Source: Tubiluchus corallicola
Lineage: Eukaryota > Animalia > Priapulida
DNA length: 64,000 bases
Reading direction: 5' to 3'
Assembly (NCBI GenBank): GCA_030141605.1
Contig: JAQGDQ010000086.1
Span: forward strand, 181,418-245,417
The position numbers and the translations under genes are program-made. Shown here piece by piece: positions 1 through 12,900 of the stretch. Each line of letters starts with the position of its first letter. Position 1 is the first letter of the stretch. Below the pieces are notes generated by a model that was given only the letters and a program-made list of their open reading frames with translations, was not told the origin of the DNA and did not search any database.

Positions 1-2668
1 CAAATGTTAGCAAAATAAACATTTTTTCGTTGTTTTGAATTAGGTTCTACCAACAGTAGAACAAAGCAGAAAGGAGTAACACAAGCATTGAAATTTATTG
101 ATTACATGAGTCAAGCCTCTCTGGTTATAATTACTGAAATAACAAAAATGATTATTGTGGCATACCATATAGAAAAACCTGTTCTTATTTTATGTAAGTC
201 TAATCGGCATTATTTCGAAACAAGTTTTAAGAAAATTGCAATCAAGTGATGATAATAGAATCCATGAATGTATCCATGCGTGTGTAAAGTGGTGGTAGCG
301 ATATGCAAATTTTACTTGCTTATATATTACACGTCATCAAAGTTCACAATAAGAGTAAATATAATTTTGCTAATAATATCGTCTAATTAATTATTTTGCA
401 ATTCACAACATACAGATTCTGGTCAAAATGACACATGGAAAGGTTAAAAGATACCTTTCTTTGAGTACACAACAGGTTGAAAGGTGAGATAATGTTCAAA
501 ATTTGGAAAATTTGCACTTTAGTTGTACGAATTTGTATGTATCAAACGTAGTTTCGTTTAATGGCAGATTTATGTCAGTTTTATTAACGCTAAAGTTGCA
601 ATTATGAGCAAATTTTAAACTGCTTTGTTTATTTGTAACTTCAAATGTCTTTTTAGTTAATATGTGTTTTGCCAATTATAGATGCTGTGTATTAGGTGGA
701 AATTTTTATAAATCTTGGGTTAAATTTTGCTTTAATCCAGCTTTCGTTGCAGGTTTATTGAATAAACTAAACTAAAACTTGGCGTGAATTCGCGCACTTA
801 ATGGTTAAAAATGATTAACCCCTCAAGGCCTTAACCAAACAACATTCCGACGTCGAAAAACGTGAGCAACAAGCCCTTTTTTAATTACTAGGACACGTTT
901 CGACCCACATACAGACTGATACAGCACAAGACATGAATGTAAAAGGAGTAGAATTTACTGTACATGTTTACAGTTGAACTTTGGCACATGACTGTTGGCG
1001 AATTGATTACATTTAACAAGGACGGCTCAACTTTGCTCAAACGAAGTACTCATAAACCACATAAATACAAATTATAAAATAACAGAACATAAAATCAATT
1101 CGACTAGAGCGCTTTGTTTCTGATATTCTACACAAGGCTTGTACAGCAGTTCTCGATACAAGACGATTAAGATTCGAAAAAATTTTCATTCTAAAAAGAC
1201 GTTTTAGTATAGTTCTCGGTGATCAGCATGCACTTTAAACACAGCAACCTGTTGATTTGGAAACTTGTCGACGGAGCGATGAAAGTTTTTACAAGAAATA
1301 TGTTTAATATAAGAAAAACTATGCTTTCAAGAAACTTCTTATTAAGAAGTATTCAGATCCAAAGTAGAATCAACAATAACTTTTTCAGTTACAAGGTATT
1401 CGTCACATTTTGTGAATTGTGATCATACGAATTAGTGAAGCCTTATAATTACACATTTATGGTATGTAAATGAAATGGGATGATTTTTCGTATCCTATTC
1501 CACTTTGAAGTACGTTATAAAATATATATTTTAACACATACAAAATTGCTAAACACTTTCTTATAATTAAATATTAGTTTAGGAGATTAATTAACAGCAG
1601 GCGAGCACAGTTAGTCGTCACAACTGACATAATTTTGTTAGCGGCACAAACATTCCATGAGTCTATATTGTACTGTGAGCCTGCGTTGTGTTTTTGTACT
1701 TTTTTATGTATGAATAATAATAATAATAATTACACGTGTTTGCAAAACGGAAAATTGAAAATTTGAAATAAAGTGCTACTATTACAGCGCTGACTATTAT
1801 TTATACCAATTCGACAAATTTCAACGTTACCGGAGTACCAACACGCGATTTTGCCACGCCAGAATTGAGAGGTACAGCGCTTGTTTTTTATGCAACGAAA
1901 TATACGCGGTGTCATTCTAACTAATGAATAGTGGTATGCATGTAACAGCGAAGAATTATATAACGGCATTCGTGTCAATAATTCTTCACGTTAGTCATTC
2001 ATTCTTGAGAAAACACTATTTTCCCTTTCAATACTTTTTATAATAGATCATTTTCAGCTATAACTTAAGGTTTTCCTTAAAAGCTGGAACCCAAACTGAC
2101 CTATAATGTCTACCCGTTTGCGTTGTCCTTGAAATTACCGAGTAACAACTGATATTTATAATCTTCTTTTCTTTACCTGCAAAATTTTTCCCAAAGATCT
2201 GAATTAAAAGCAAGATTGATGAAAGTCTCCTTTCATAAACATTCATTTATTCGGAAAAGTGGACAGTCATGTAAATCATAAATCAGCTGTCTCAAGTCAG
2301 TTATAATATATGACATTGTTGGAAGGAGTATCCTTCTTCTCAGATTCCCTCATGTAATAAAGATGAATGAAGACTTAATGAAGAAGCAGTTGGCAGTTTC
2401 AGATCTGCTTGCAAGGCGAGCTTGGCATGAAGCCACTTAGCAAATCTAACTTCCGGCATTTCCACAGAACATTAAGTGCCAATTGATTGGTAATACGAAA
2501 TCTATACTGTACACTATGTATTGGAAATGCTATCAGGAACGGCCATGTTTAGCTCGAAGTACCAATTTAAATGTTGCCCCGTGTCCAGTGAGATACGCCT
2601 TAAGTTGTATTAATTAATAAAAGCCAAGTGAATAAAATACAGGTCACGTGCCCGCTGTGTTTCGTCAT

Positions 2669-2755
2669 TGGCAGGAACAGGTATCGGCCCCCAGAATGCA
2701 ATAGCTGAGCGTGTCTGAAATCTGCAGCCTAGACCACATGGCCGCCAATGAACCC
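2669..2755 (-). mobile_element. Degenerate tRNA-like or SINE head
   Basis: Minus strand TGGCGGCCATGTGGTCTAGG...GGGCCGATACC...CCTGCCA resembles decayed A and B boxes. No intact cloverleaf. Confidence 0.3.
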
Positions 2756-5700
2756 AGGATACGTTAACAACCACAGCTGCCAACAAAAAATTCCTGAAAA
2801 TGGGAATATGGTTTGAAGCTGCCTGGATGTGGTGTCAGTTACAAGAGTTTGTCATTATTGTTTACAATGCTAGCCTAGATAAGAAGATGAAAAACTCTTA
2901 TGTAAAAACATCAATTGCTCTTCGAATAGCAGTCAGTTCTGGTCAGTTTCAGTAAGACTTTCCTTTAACATGTTTTTGCTTTACACACAGTTCTGTAAAT
3001 AATGCCATATTTTACCTAACATGCAATAACCGTGTCTAAAGCAAATAAGCAAACGGTAAGGGTCATCATGTTGGGTCATGGAATAGTATACCTTCAGGTG
3101 TACAGCATGTGATGCGTCATAACGAACTGTTACTCTTTGCGTTCCATTTAAAACCGTGTTCATCCAAATTACTATATCACTAATTCAAGCTGCTACAAGA
3201 TGTTAAACATTACAAGGTGTCACACATGTGCATTCTTGTACACACGTCCTCGCAGATGAACATTCAAAACAGGCCTGAAGCCATAGCACTACATTTACCA
3301 TTCGGAAATATCCCTCCATGCAGAAGGGTCACTAAACTCCTATTTCCAACTTAGCAAATCCATGGAAGTCGCCTGGCAAAAAGGAAATGGACACGTTGGC
3401 AGGGTGCCAGGGGACAGCACTGTGCTTAATGCTATCGAGAATTGCAGAAATTGGATTAATCAGCGACGAAATGTCAGCATAAATCTAAAGTCCAAGCAAG
3501 CACAAGTGAGATACAATTGATTTTGAAAGAGCAGTAAAATGAAACGCAGTAAGACCTGCTCGGGGCATAAGCCGTGGACAGCTGCTCCTCTAAGACAAGA
3601 TCATTAGAAGTCCAACAAGCAGATAGTAATTATGGCTGATAATCCGCAAGAACAAGAAGAGATAGTTATGGAAAATTCGAGTTCCAGACATTTGAGAATG
3701 CGAGCAAATTTGAACAGCGTACAGTTACGCCCTCTACAAATTTTTTGTAATCAACCTGGTTCGCACAGTTGGCTGAAATATGGAAATAAAATGTCTCTCA
3801 GTCTCGTGTATCATTGCAGTTCAATAAAATAAATTAGAAGTTTCTATTGTCTTCTAGTAATATGTTTGTCTGACTGTCTTTCTACTGATATTTTGTAAAG
3901 AAGCAATGAAATTTTGAAGTAATTATTTTTTAATGGCTGTTTTCATTTCATAGAACCGTAGAAAGGTAATATATGATATATTCACTACTAAAATAACAAT
4001 GAAGAGCTCGTTATGGAAGCTGGTCTGTTTCTGTTACACTATTATCATGAAACAAAAACATTAGAATTACATGTTCAAGCAAGCAATTAATTTTATTGCA
4101 CGCAGTAAACTAGATAACATCTGCCCTTAAAAATTGCAAACGTTAACAAGACCTTAGCCGATGAAGAACACAACAATTTTATGAAGCATACAAAGGACGC
4201 TTAAAACAGCATTCATATTTACAAGATGGCGGCAAATAAAATAATTATAGACGGTATGAAGTTTGTTTAACTGCTTTAATGTGAAGTGATATGTGAAACA
4301 GCAGCTGAGATGTGGTCATTCTCCTAGCAGACATGCCTTCACACATATTATTAAGTAAATGTGTGAATGCAACAAAACTGACCTATCAACACAAGCACTA
4401 TAAAATTAAGTTACCTTTTGAACAGCATCCTGTGCCCATATTTGGCCATAGGGCTTTAATAATAATAATCCCACATTCTGCGACGAATTTTTACATCTCA
4501 GCTATATAATTTTGCTGAAAGTACTTCTTTTTTTTAAAACGCTTGACCAAATTCACTTTTTTAACGTTTTTAATTTCTTTACAACACTGGATTACGATAA
4601 TTGTCTTGCAGGTAGTACAAGCAAAACAGGACGTTTATGAACAACACATTCTAAAAAGCCACGTTACACTCCTTCAACGTGTGCACGACGATGACACTCA
4701 ACAAACAGACTAAATTAAACTGCAATTACAAAGTTATCTCCTTCAACCAATCACAGATATTCACAAAGAAATATGGCACCCGCCACACCTTCAACTTTTT
4801 TGCTTTTACAAAATTCTACACTGAAACTGATGCGTGTTCGAGTTCGCGTCACCACATCCACACTTTCGCAGCCTCTCTGTCGAACTTCCAAACTAGATGA
4901 AAGCAACGAAATAGCTACGTTAATAGCCGCGAGAGACAAGAGCCGGCGACATTAAAACATAAGCGTGCTCTCACAGTTGAATTAATGCAGTGAAGATACA
5001 GATGACGTCATAAAAAGAGCGTTTACATATTTACTTATTACACGATTGCACTCACGGATGTGCAAATAGTGCGAGTCGAACGGTCACGCTAGAACATAAA
5101 ACTTTGACTAGAACAAATATTGTAAAGTAGACGTCACAGCATTACATCAAAATACTTATCAAGTGCTTTTAACTAGTATGTCATAAAATTTTGACCAAAA
5201 TTATTGCCAATTTACCAAACTATTCATATTAATAAGGAAACCAAGCATATGGCATGCAGTCACAGAACAGACTGACACCCAAAAAACTGCAGTGCAAAAT
5301 TTAATCGAGAAAATTCCATATGAAACAGATAGTAGTCACACCCTATCAGCTGATGATCCAGCAGTATATCCCAGTGTTTCGAATCGATGAAATTTAGTTT
5401 ATGAAAATAACTACTCATTCCTATTTTCAGGGAGTAGTCCCGAATGTATAATTACATAATGAGAAGGGGCGTGTGAGAATAACAACTGCATAAAACTGAA
5501 TAAAAAAATTGAAAGATTTGGGTAGAACAGAATTGAGATTGAAGTAATTGTTGCCCCCTGTGGAACAGACAGTATTATTGCCAGCGGAATTAAATAAAAG
5601 GAAATAATTTATGATTTATCCTACGAAAGATAAAACATGAAGTCATGTAGCGTATTTATACCGCTTTTACGTAAGTTCGTGAGCGTAAAGGGGACACAAA

Positions 5701-6116
5701 AAGAGAAAATAAAAAAGAGAAGAGTTTAGGTTGAACTTAGTTCTAACCAATGCCTATAAAAGCTGCTGTTCACGTATTTTTGCATTGCAAACACCGTGAC
5801 GTCACAACGCAGTAAACAAAAAACACTAAAAACTGTTTATTCTACAGCAACACAAAACAGTTGGTATGTTACTATGGCGAATGCATCAAATCAGTGTTGC
5901 TTGTGTTTGCTTCCAACACAAGTGAAACACGTAATTACACATTCAGACACCACACTGCAGTGCTCCAACAACAAACAACGAATTTTTTCATCTAATAAAA
6001 AGACTGACACATCACAGAAATAAAGGCGTACATAATAAATCTTCAAGCTTCAAAAACGAGAAATTCGTGTAACTGCACAAAAAACAACTTGGTCAGACGT
6101 GAAAATACGCATGCAC

Positions 6117-6290
6117 CTAGCAACCACTAGCACAGCAATGGTAGTCAGATAGCCAGCCAGCTTTCTACTAAGTAAACTGGGGATAGCGCGTGTGCTCTGT
6201 TACTAGTTGCTGCCCGAGGCAAGGCCAGGCTCGAGCGTGTAACCGCGCTTCTACTTCCATAAAGCGGGGGCGTGCGAGGGGCGTATCACT
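6117..6290 (-). promoter_or_regulatory. Candidate internal promoter or non-coding exon (GC-rich patch with Sp/KLF-like boxes)
   Basis: GGGGGCGTG and GGGGCGT at 6264-6285 in CpG-rich sequence, with a possible donor AG|gtgcat at 6116. Confidence 0.3.
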
Positions 6291-9200
6291 TGGAAACTTT
6301 AGACGAAATGGGATAGATAAATCATCTTCGCTCTTTAGCCCAGGGAGGGAAGCAATTATTGAACTGCATAATTTCTTTCTACGTGCAAACTGTTGCCTGC
6401 ATACGAAGATGCTTCCTATTCTGCAGTTATGGCTGCTGCATTTAGTACAATAGACTTGCTAATAGAACATGTTCGATGCCTTGCTTGGCCCAACCTTGGA
6501 ATTGGGTAAAACAAATCGTAAAAGGGGAGTGTTTCTAAACGCGGTGGGATCTATACACCGTGTTCGTTTAGTAAATAAACTTCTCTAAGTTCATTTACGC
6601 AAATGTATTACGCAAACTATTTCTGCAAATGTATCATATATATTCCTTAACATGTCTTTGGAAATATCAACTTTCATTACTGAACGTTAAATAGTTTATT
6701 TAAATATAACGAGAAATCATGCACGGGTGCAAACTTCACAGAACACAATGATATATGTTCTCTTTGCACATATCGATCTTTTCTTAACATAAAAAGAGAA
6801 AATGCTGCACGTCACTTTTTGACCAACTTTGGACAAAATGCATAATAAAAACACCACATTTTTGGCTTTTATTTATACAGTACAAAACAAAACATTAGTG
6901 ATCTAACTTTTACACACAAAAAAACGAAAAAATGTACCATTACAATTAAGTACGGTACGCCGTTTAATTGATCTTACATTTGTATGCAAAATAAGGACAG
7001 ACTGAAAAAGCGTTGAATTCATTAAAACTTGAAAAACAAAATTTAAATCAGTTTTGCCTAAGAATCAGAACCGAGTTCTGATGCAACCACGTTAAGTGTC
7101 ATTTATACGTAACTCTCATCGGGTAAGCAAAAGAAAATTTACACAATAATATTCGAAAACTACTTATCATCACATTACATATAACTGTTGATTACAACAC
7201 TTACTTACAAAACAGATAAGCGTTGAATACTAACTAAATGCAAATTGCTAAGATTTCTGCTAAATCTGATTTCGCCTGACAACTGTGAAGGTTAAATAAG
7301 TCATTGCGGTAAACTCAATTGAGTGTGTAACCAGGTAGCATTACTGAGCTGAATGCAGGGTCGTGAATTGTTAACTACTTTTCATTGAAGGCTGCTAACA
7401 ATTTAACAAAACATTCCGATATATGAATCATGCAGCCAACCAACATCTACAGGGTGGCTCAGAAAACGTAATACCTGCATGAAAGCATACCTTCGTTCCT
7501 TACTTTTCCTTTACATTTCCTCCCCTTTCTTAGTGTGCTGACGCATGTTTATCTCGTTCAATCTCAACCGCTTACTTCAACTAAAGACGTTTGGAAACTA
7601 ATTCTATTTTCATTGACTAGATAAAGATACATATTATTTTGTAGTATCGGATGGCTGGGTTCTGGACAAAATTTCTAAAAAAGCCGAAATAAAAACGTTT
7701 CTACTTTTTTATCCTAAACCACGATCGATAGACAAACTTTGTGCCTCTAAATTTCAAATCAACCGCCACCTGGCACAGGCCTGTGCCTGACAGTTTGCGT
7801 CTGTCTGAAAAGTGGAAGTGTCTCAGCCTGCTGCCAATCTACATCTAAAGGCTAGATCAATGCTTCAGCCTCTGGGACTTTGAAAATGTATCGTAGATTG
7901 TTTCTATATGGCTTGAGGACATGCAGGATTTAGAGTCTATTTCTGAAACTATCTGAAGCCAAGGGTTCTTGTCAACTCATTACAATAGCAATCAGATTTT
8001 TTTTGATTTTTTTTTCGAATACGGATAGGTGGCACGGTCTCAAGGCACTTATCCTGTGTCGCATGAGGCACTGACTTACAACAAATGCAACTTGTGGTGG
8101 GATTGCCAGTGTCTGGGTGAGGGGAGACACCTGCTGATGTGCTACAAGTGTATATGTAGAACCTACAAAAAAATCACAAATGTGCAGAAAAACTTCGTGT
8201 TTTTAGCTTTGTCACTTTACTTATGTGTACATAAAAGTCTTAATTTAATAAACTTAGTAAACAAGTTGGATTCGCTAGTCCCTCTCGGGCATCATTGTCA
8301 CAGTGCCATTTATTGGGAAAATGCTTACAACAAAACAAACAAGTCTACGACTTAAGTGTTTGCCACATTAAACCAGTAAATTTGAATTAGTGATGCCAGT
8401 GTTTGAATGACGACTAAAAGAGCAAACAAGCAAAAATGCAGATCACGAGGCACCAACAATAAAAAGAACAGCAGCTAATGTGTTAAGAAACAAAATTGTC
8501 CAGAACTGCAAGGAACAAGAACTCAGTAAACTAAAGCTGTTAATGAAACGTGTTATTGTAACAGTTACGTGTGAATACAGTTTTAGTTTATTGAGATCCT
8601 TAGTTTACAAATGTTTTCTCCTTTACTGTAGATGTGAGCAATTATCCTTTTAACTCATTACCACAATGTAAGGTATACCCATTTTAAGTGCCTTTAATCG
8701 TACGTGCCAGCACCAACAGTATTGCAGCCGTCTAGTAACTGTGGTATGGACTCAGTCTTTGTACGTGGTAGCAACAAATCGGTGTGGTAGTTTGGTTTAG
8801 TAACAGGCTGAATAAAAAAAAATCTGCTAATGCTAGCCTGCGCGATTCGAGGGAATCAAAGACAATATCTGAGAATACAAAGTAAAATTATCTCTCTGGA
8901 TGAAATTATTTAAAAAACAACTATCAAACAAGAAAGTTCGTCCTAGACACAACAGTACAGAACGAAGTCGCCATAGCACTCCGAACATTCCACAACAATC
9001 TTGAATTCTTCAAACCACTGTTAACTACGCACTAAGCCAATTTGAGGTTTATTTACATACACAACCTGTAAACAGCAAAGAGGCAACAGGAATAAACAAA
9101 AACAAAGAAAATAAAGAAAATGAGCACTTTGCGTTGAAATACTAAAAGTTAAATAAAGCAAGCCTCCTCTGTAATTACATTATTTTATTATTTTTCATCA

Positions 9201-9824
9201 GTTAATTAACAGTAAGAATACAACAACTAAATAAGCCATAGAACATCCATAATGAATTAAAACTTCTTTAGACATGTATCTTTCTGAAATTTTTAAGAGC
9301 TGCGTGTTTAATATCCACAAAATGGTCAGGTATGTAGAACAAATTTTATGGGAATTTCTTTTGCAACATCACATTAATATTACGAGTGGATCATCACGAG
9401 TGAATATTATTCGGCAACCCTCATTTCCTCCTTCAAATTCACCTCATCTGTTTCCTCTTAAATAACTACTCAATAACATTCGCGATGACAAACTGACGCG
9501 ACAGTTTAATGCAACTTATCAAAATCATGTTCAGCTAGTACGCTGTGCCCCGGAGCAACTTGAGAAGAAGCAAGAAAAGCTCCAACAAACTTTCTAAAAC
9601 ATCCACCGATTAGCAAGGCCACCCTAATCTGTCAAACGCAATGATCATCATTCACAGGCCGTTTCTATTTCTAGTTACAAATTTGCATGAGTGCTGACAT
9701 CTAGCGGCCGAAATAATAATGCAAGTGTTGTGCTGTTTTCCATTCAGGACGAGCAACTTATTGAAATGCAGCACTCAAAACAACAAAAGTAGAAAGCAGT
9801 ACTAATGGAAACTAATGTACTTAC

Positions 9825-9905
9825 CGATCAACGGATCTGGTTTTAATATACCCCGTTGTATTAAATCTTCACGCGCTGAACGCATGGAAATTTGCCTTTC
9901 TAAAT
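9825..9905 (-). CDS. PHACTR: PHACTR exon encoding the N-terminal RPEL-like actin-binding repeat (LERQISMRSAREDLIQRGILKPDPLI)
   Basis: 81 nt, acceptor ttttag, donor G|gtaagt, phase 1-1. Too short for the ORF track. Confidence 0.9.
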
Positions 9906-12900
9906 CTAAAATTGCAGACAAGACGTTTAATTAAAAAAATAACCGAAATTAACATAGCAGGACACTTACCCATCACAGCATAAAAACTAGAAGTTCAGCA
10001 ATTTATGAATTAGAGTTGATTTCTGTGCATTTGTGCACAATGTTCAACTATTCAGGTAAAAATGTGTGAAAAACAAGCTTTTCGTCAAGCAATCAGTTAG
10101 ACCTCAAAATACCATTACAATTGTCAGAAGATGGCAGCACTGCGTAAACATCCAGAGAAAAAAATCATGACTTTATAAACACTGCTGCCTGAAAATTACC
10201 ACACAATGGCATATACAACATTTCATTAACTGTAAAAAACGCAAGGTATTATGTATTTAAATACGTTTTAATTTTTTCGCTTGATGCCATACTGTATAAA
10301 AGCAATAGAAGATAAACTATTTAAGCTGTAATGCAATTTTCATTAATTAAAACCATGGAAAACACCTTTTCAAATATTACCAGCTAATTATGTTGTTATT
10401 AATTTTAACAGTTCCCATTTTTCTGAAAATAGTGCTGAAGAGGTTTATCTACTAAGTTACTTTACTTTAGGAATCTACGTGCAATTCTAAGTTTTAAAAC
10501 CAAGCTAGCTGCATTATATCACATTGTATTGTATTGCCTTGTATTGTATTGTACTGCAATGCATTGTGTTGTATTGTATTGCATTGCATTGTATTGTGTT
10601 GTAATACATTACATTACACTAGCAATAATGAATATAAATATTTTGGATGCATTTACAAAATAAATTTGGTAGCACCTATGGAAATCAAAACAGGCTACAG
10701 CAAATTGTTACCAAATCCATGTACTTGCACCACAGGTAACAGCGTCAAGAAAAGCAACAATGTAGGGCATTTCTTATGCTTATAAATGAAATCATTACAG
10801 AAGTATGGAAATTTTACATTGCATTGTAGATCAAGTATAAAATCGCATTGCCACAGTGGCAACCATACCACATTTGCTGAGTGCTGAACATAACCAGTAC
10901 AAATGAAAATATGCCCAGGCTAAGGCAACTTACTTGAGGCAGCTTGTACGAATTTTGGGCTCTTCTTTTTCCGCTTCCATTTCCAGGGTTTAAATATCCA
11001 GCCTAACCGGGAAAACCTACTTTTCTTCTCTATGGGTGGCTCTTTGGATGTTGGTGAGCCAAGAGAGCTGCTCCGTTGTTTGAATTCAGGATGACCTCTC
11101 TTGACTGAAAAAGAAAATACAAACATTTGGTACATGTGTATGCCTTTGCATATAATATACAAACTTTCACCCTCGATCGATGAAGTGCATGAACAATAAA
11201 AATATCTATTACTAATTGATTCTTAATTTTGGTCAAGGTAAGTTGGAGTCAGCCTCGTGATACCACAGGTAATGCACTTTTTGTAAAGATGGCAATGTCT
11301 GCAACAGGTATTTATTGCTGGCGTTTTCAATTCTCTTGCTGTATTATAGCAGATAATTATAGTTTATAAATTAATGAATGGATTTTATAATTAAGTCATC
11401 TATTAAGTAAGCTTAATAAACGACCTTTCAAGATTAATTAATAATTAATCTTAATAATAAGATGCCCATATTTAATGATTATGCACTAGTTTTCCAATGT
11501 TTTTAGCATGTGCTGCATTTGTGTAAGAACTACACTTGCAAACTAGCAGCTAAATTTTGGTAAATACAGTACATACGATCAAACAAAGGAAATAGATGTG
11601 CCACAAAAATATTTATTTTAAACAAAAATACCTTACAAAGTATTGAAATGTACGTGAGGGTCAGTGGCTGAATGAAATAAGAACGTGAAAGCAAAAAAGA
11701 ACAATAAACAAGACCAACAATAACGAAGAACAACAATGTAGGAAATTACAATTTAAGTCACTAGGGTAGCCCACAAACTCCCGAAGCCAAAAATACCTTT
11801 ATTATTCTATATTGCCAATAAAGGCAAGTACGTAAAAAGCAATATTAGCGCAGTCGAAGAAGTTTGCAAACCTGAATAAGTCAACGAATGCACTAGCTAA
11901 TCTACAGAGATGAATAATGATTGCAGGTAGATAAACAAGCCGACAGGTAAGCTTGATTGGCAGAGCTGGCAAAGCAATCAGATTATTCTTCATTCCATCT
12001 GACTTGGACAATAAAAGCAGCTTTATTAATTCTATCCTTGCATTAATGCTGGAAAGAAATCGATCAAGTCCTGACAAAGTATAGGCAATATGAGTTTCCT
12101 TTTGCTGCCTATGCATACACAGTATACCAGCAATGTTATTTCAAGAAGAATAGTACCAAACCACTGCCGCCACCGTCGTCGTCATGGCAGTAGTATTAGC
12201 ATGTGCCCTATGGTGTAACTTTTTCCAGTACAACTACACTTTCTTAAAGGTGGCTCACAATAAGCCAATTCCTAGGCTCTTCGACTTTTTGGGAAGATGT
12301 AGCATAAGTGAAAAAATTGTAAATTTTGATATTCCTAACTATGGTGTTATTACAAAAAAGATAACAGCATCCTTTATATAATGGGCTGGCAGAGGTACCT
12401 AATAATATAATTCACAAACTGTACGTTTACTCTTCATATCACAATACAGTTATATGTACGAATTGGTTATATACTATGTTGAACATTATGAGACCAACAT
12501 CTTTTACCTGTTTAAACATGTAACGTTTATTGGGTTTTATGCCTCTGCGTATTGTATTTTTAAATGATCAGTCTTGTGTATTTATGCTTTGTGTCTGGGT
12601 GCATATTTATGTATATATGTAAAAATATTTTAGTACATGTAGTTTGTTTGCAATTTTATAGTATAGCTGAGTGTCTCAATTTTTATATAGTGCTATGTAT
12701 TTTTAAATGTATGAAATAAATTTCAAATAAGAAATTAGCGACAGTATAAATGAAATAGCAGTCCTAAGTGTCCTGCTAAAATTAAAAACCTAATTTCGAG
12801 TAAAAATGTACACCACACAAAGGACGACATTCTAATGAGATTAAATCAGACTAACATTGTCAGCCATATGTCAGCAAAGTTGAACAAATGCATGAAATGC

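Noticed and set aside
2669-2755. Functional tRNA gene
   Set aside because: B-box and stems are degenerate. At best a SINE relic.
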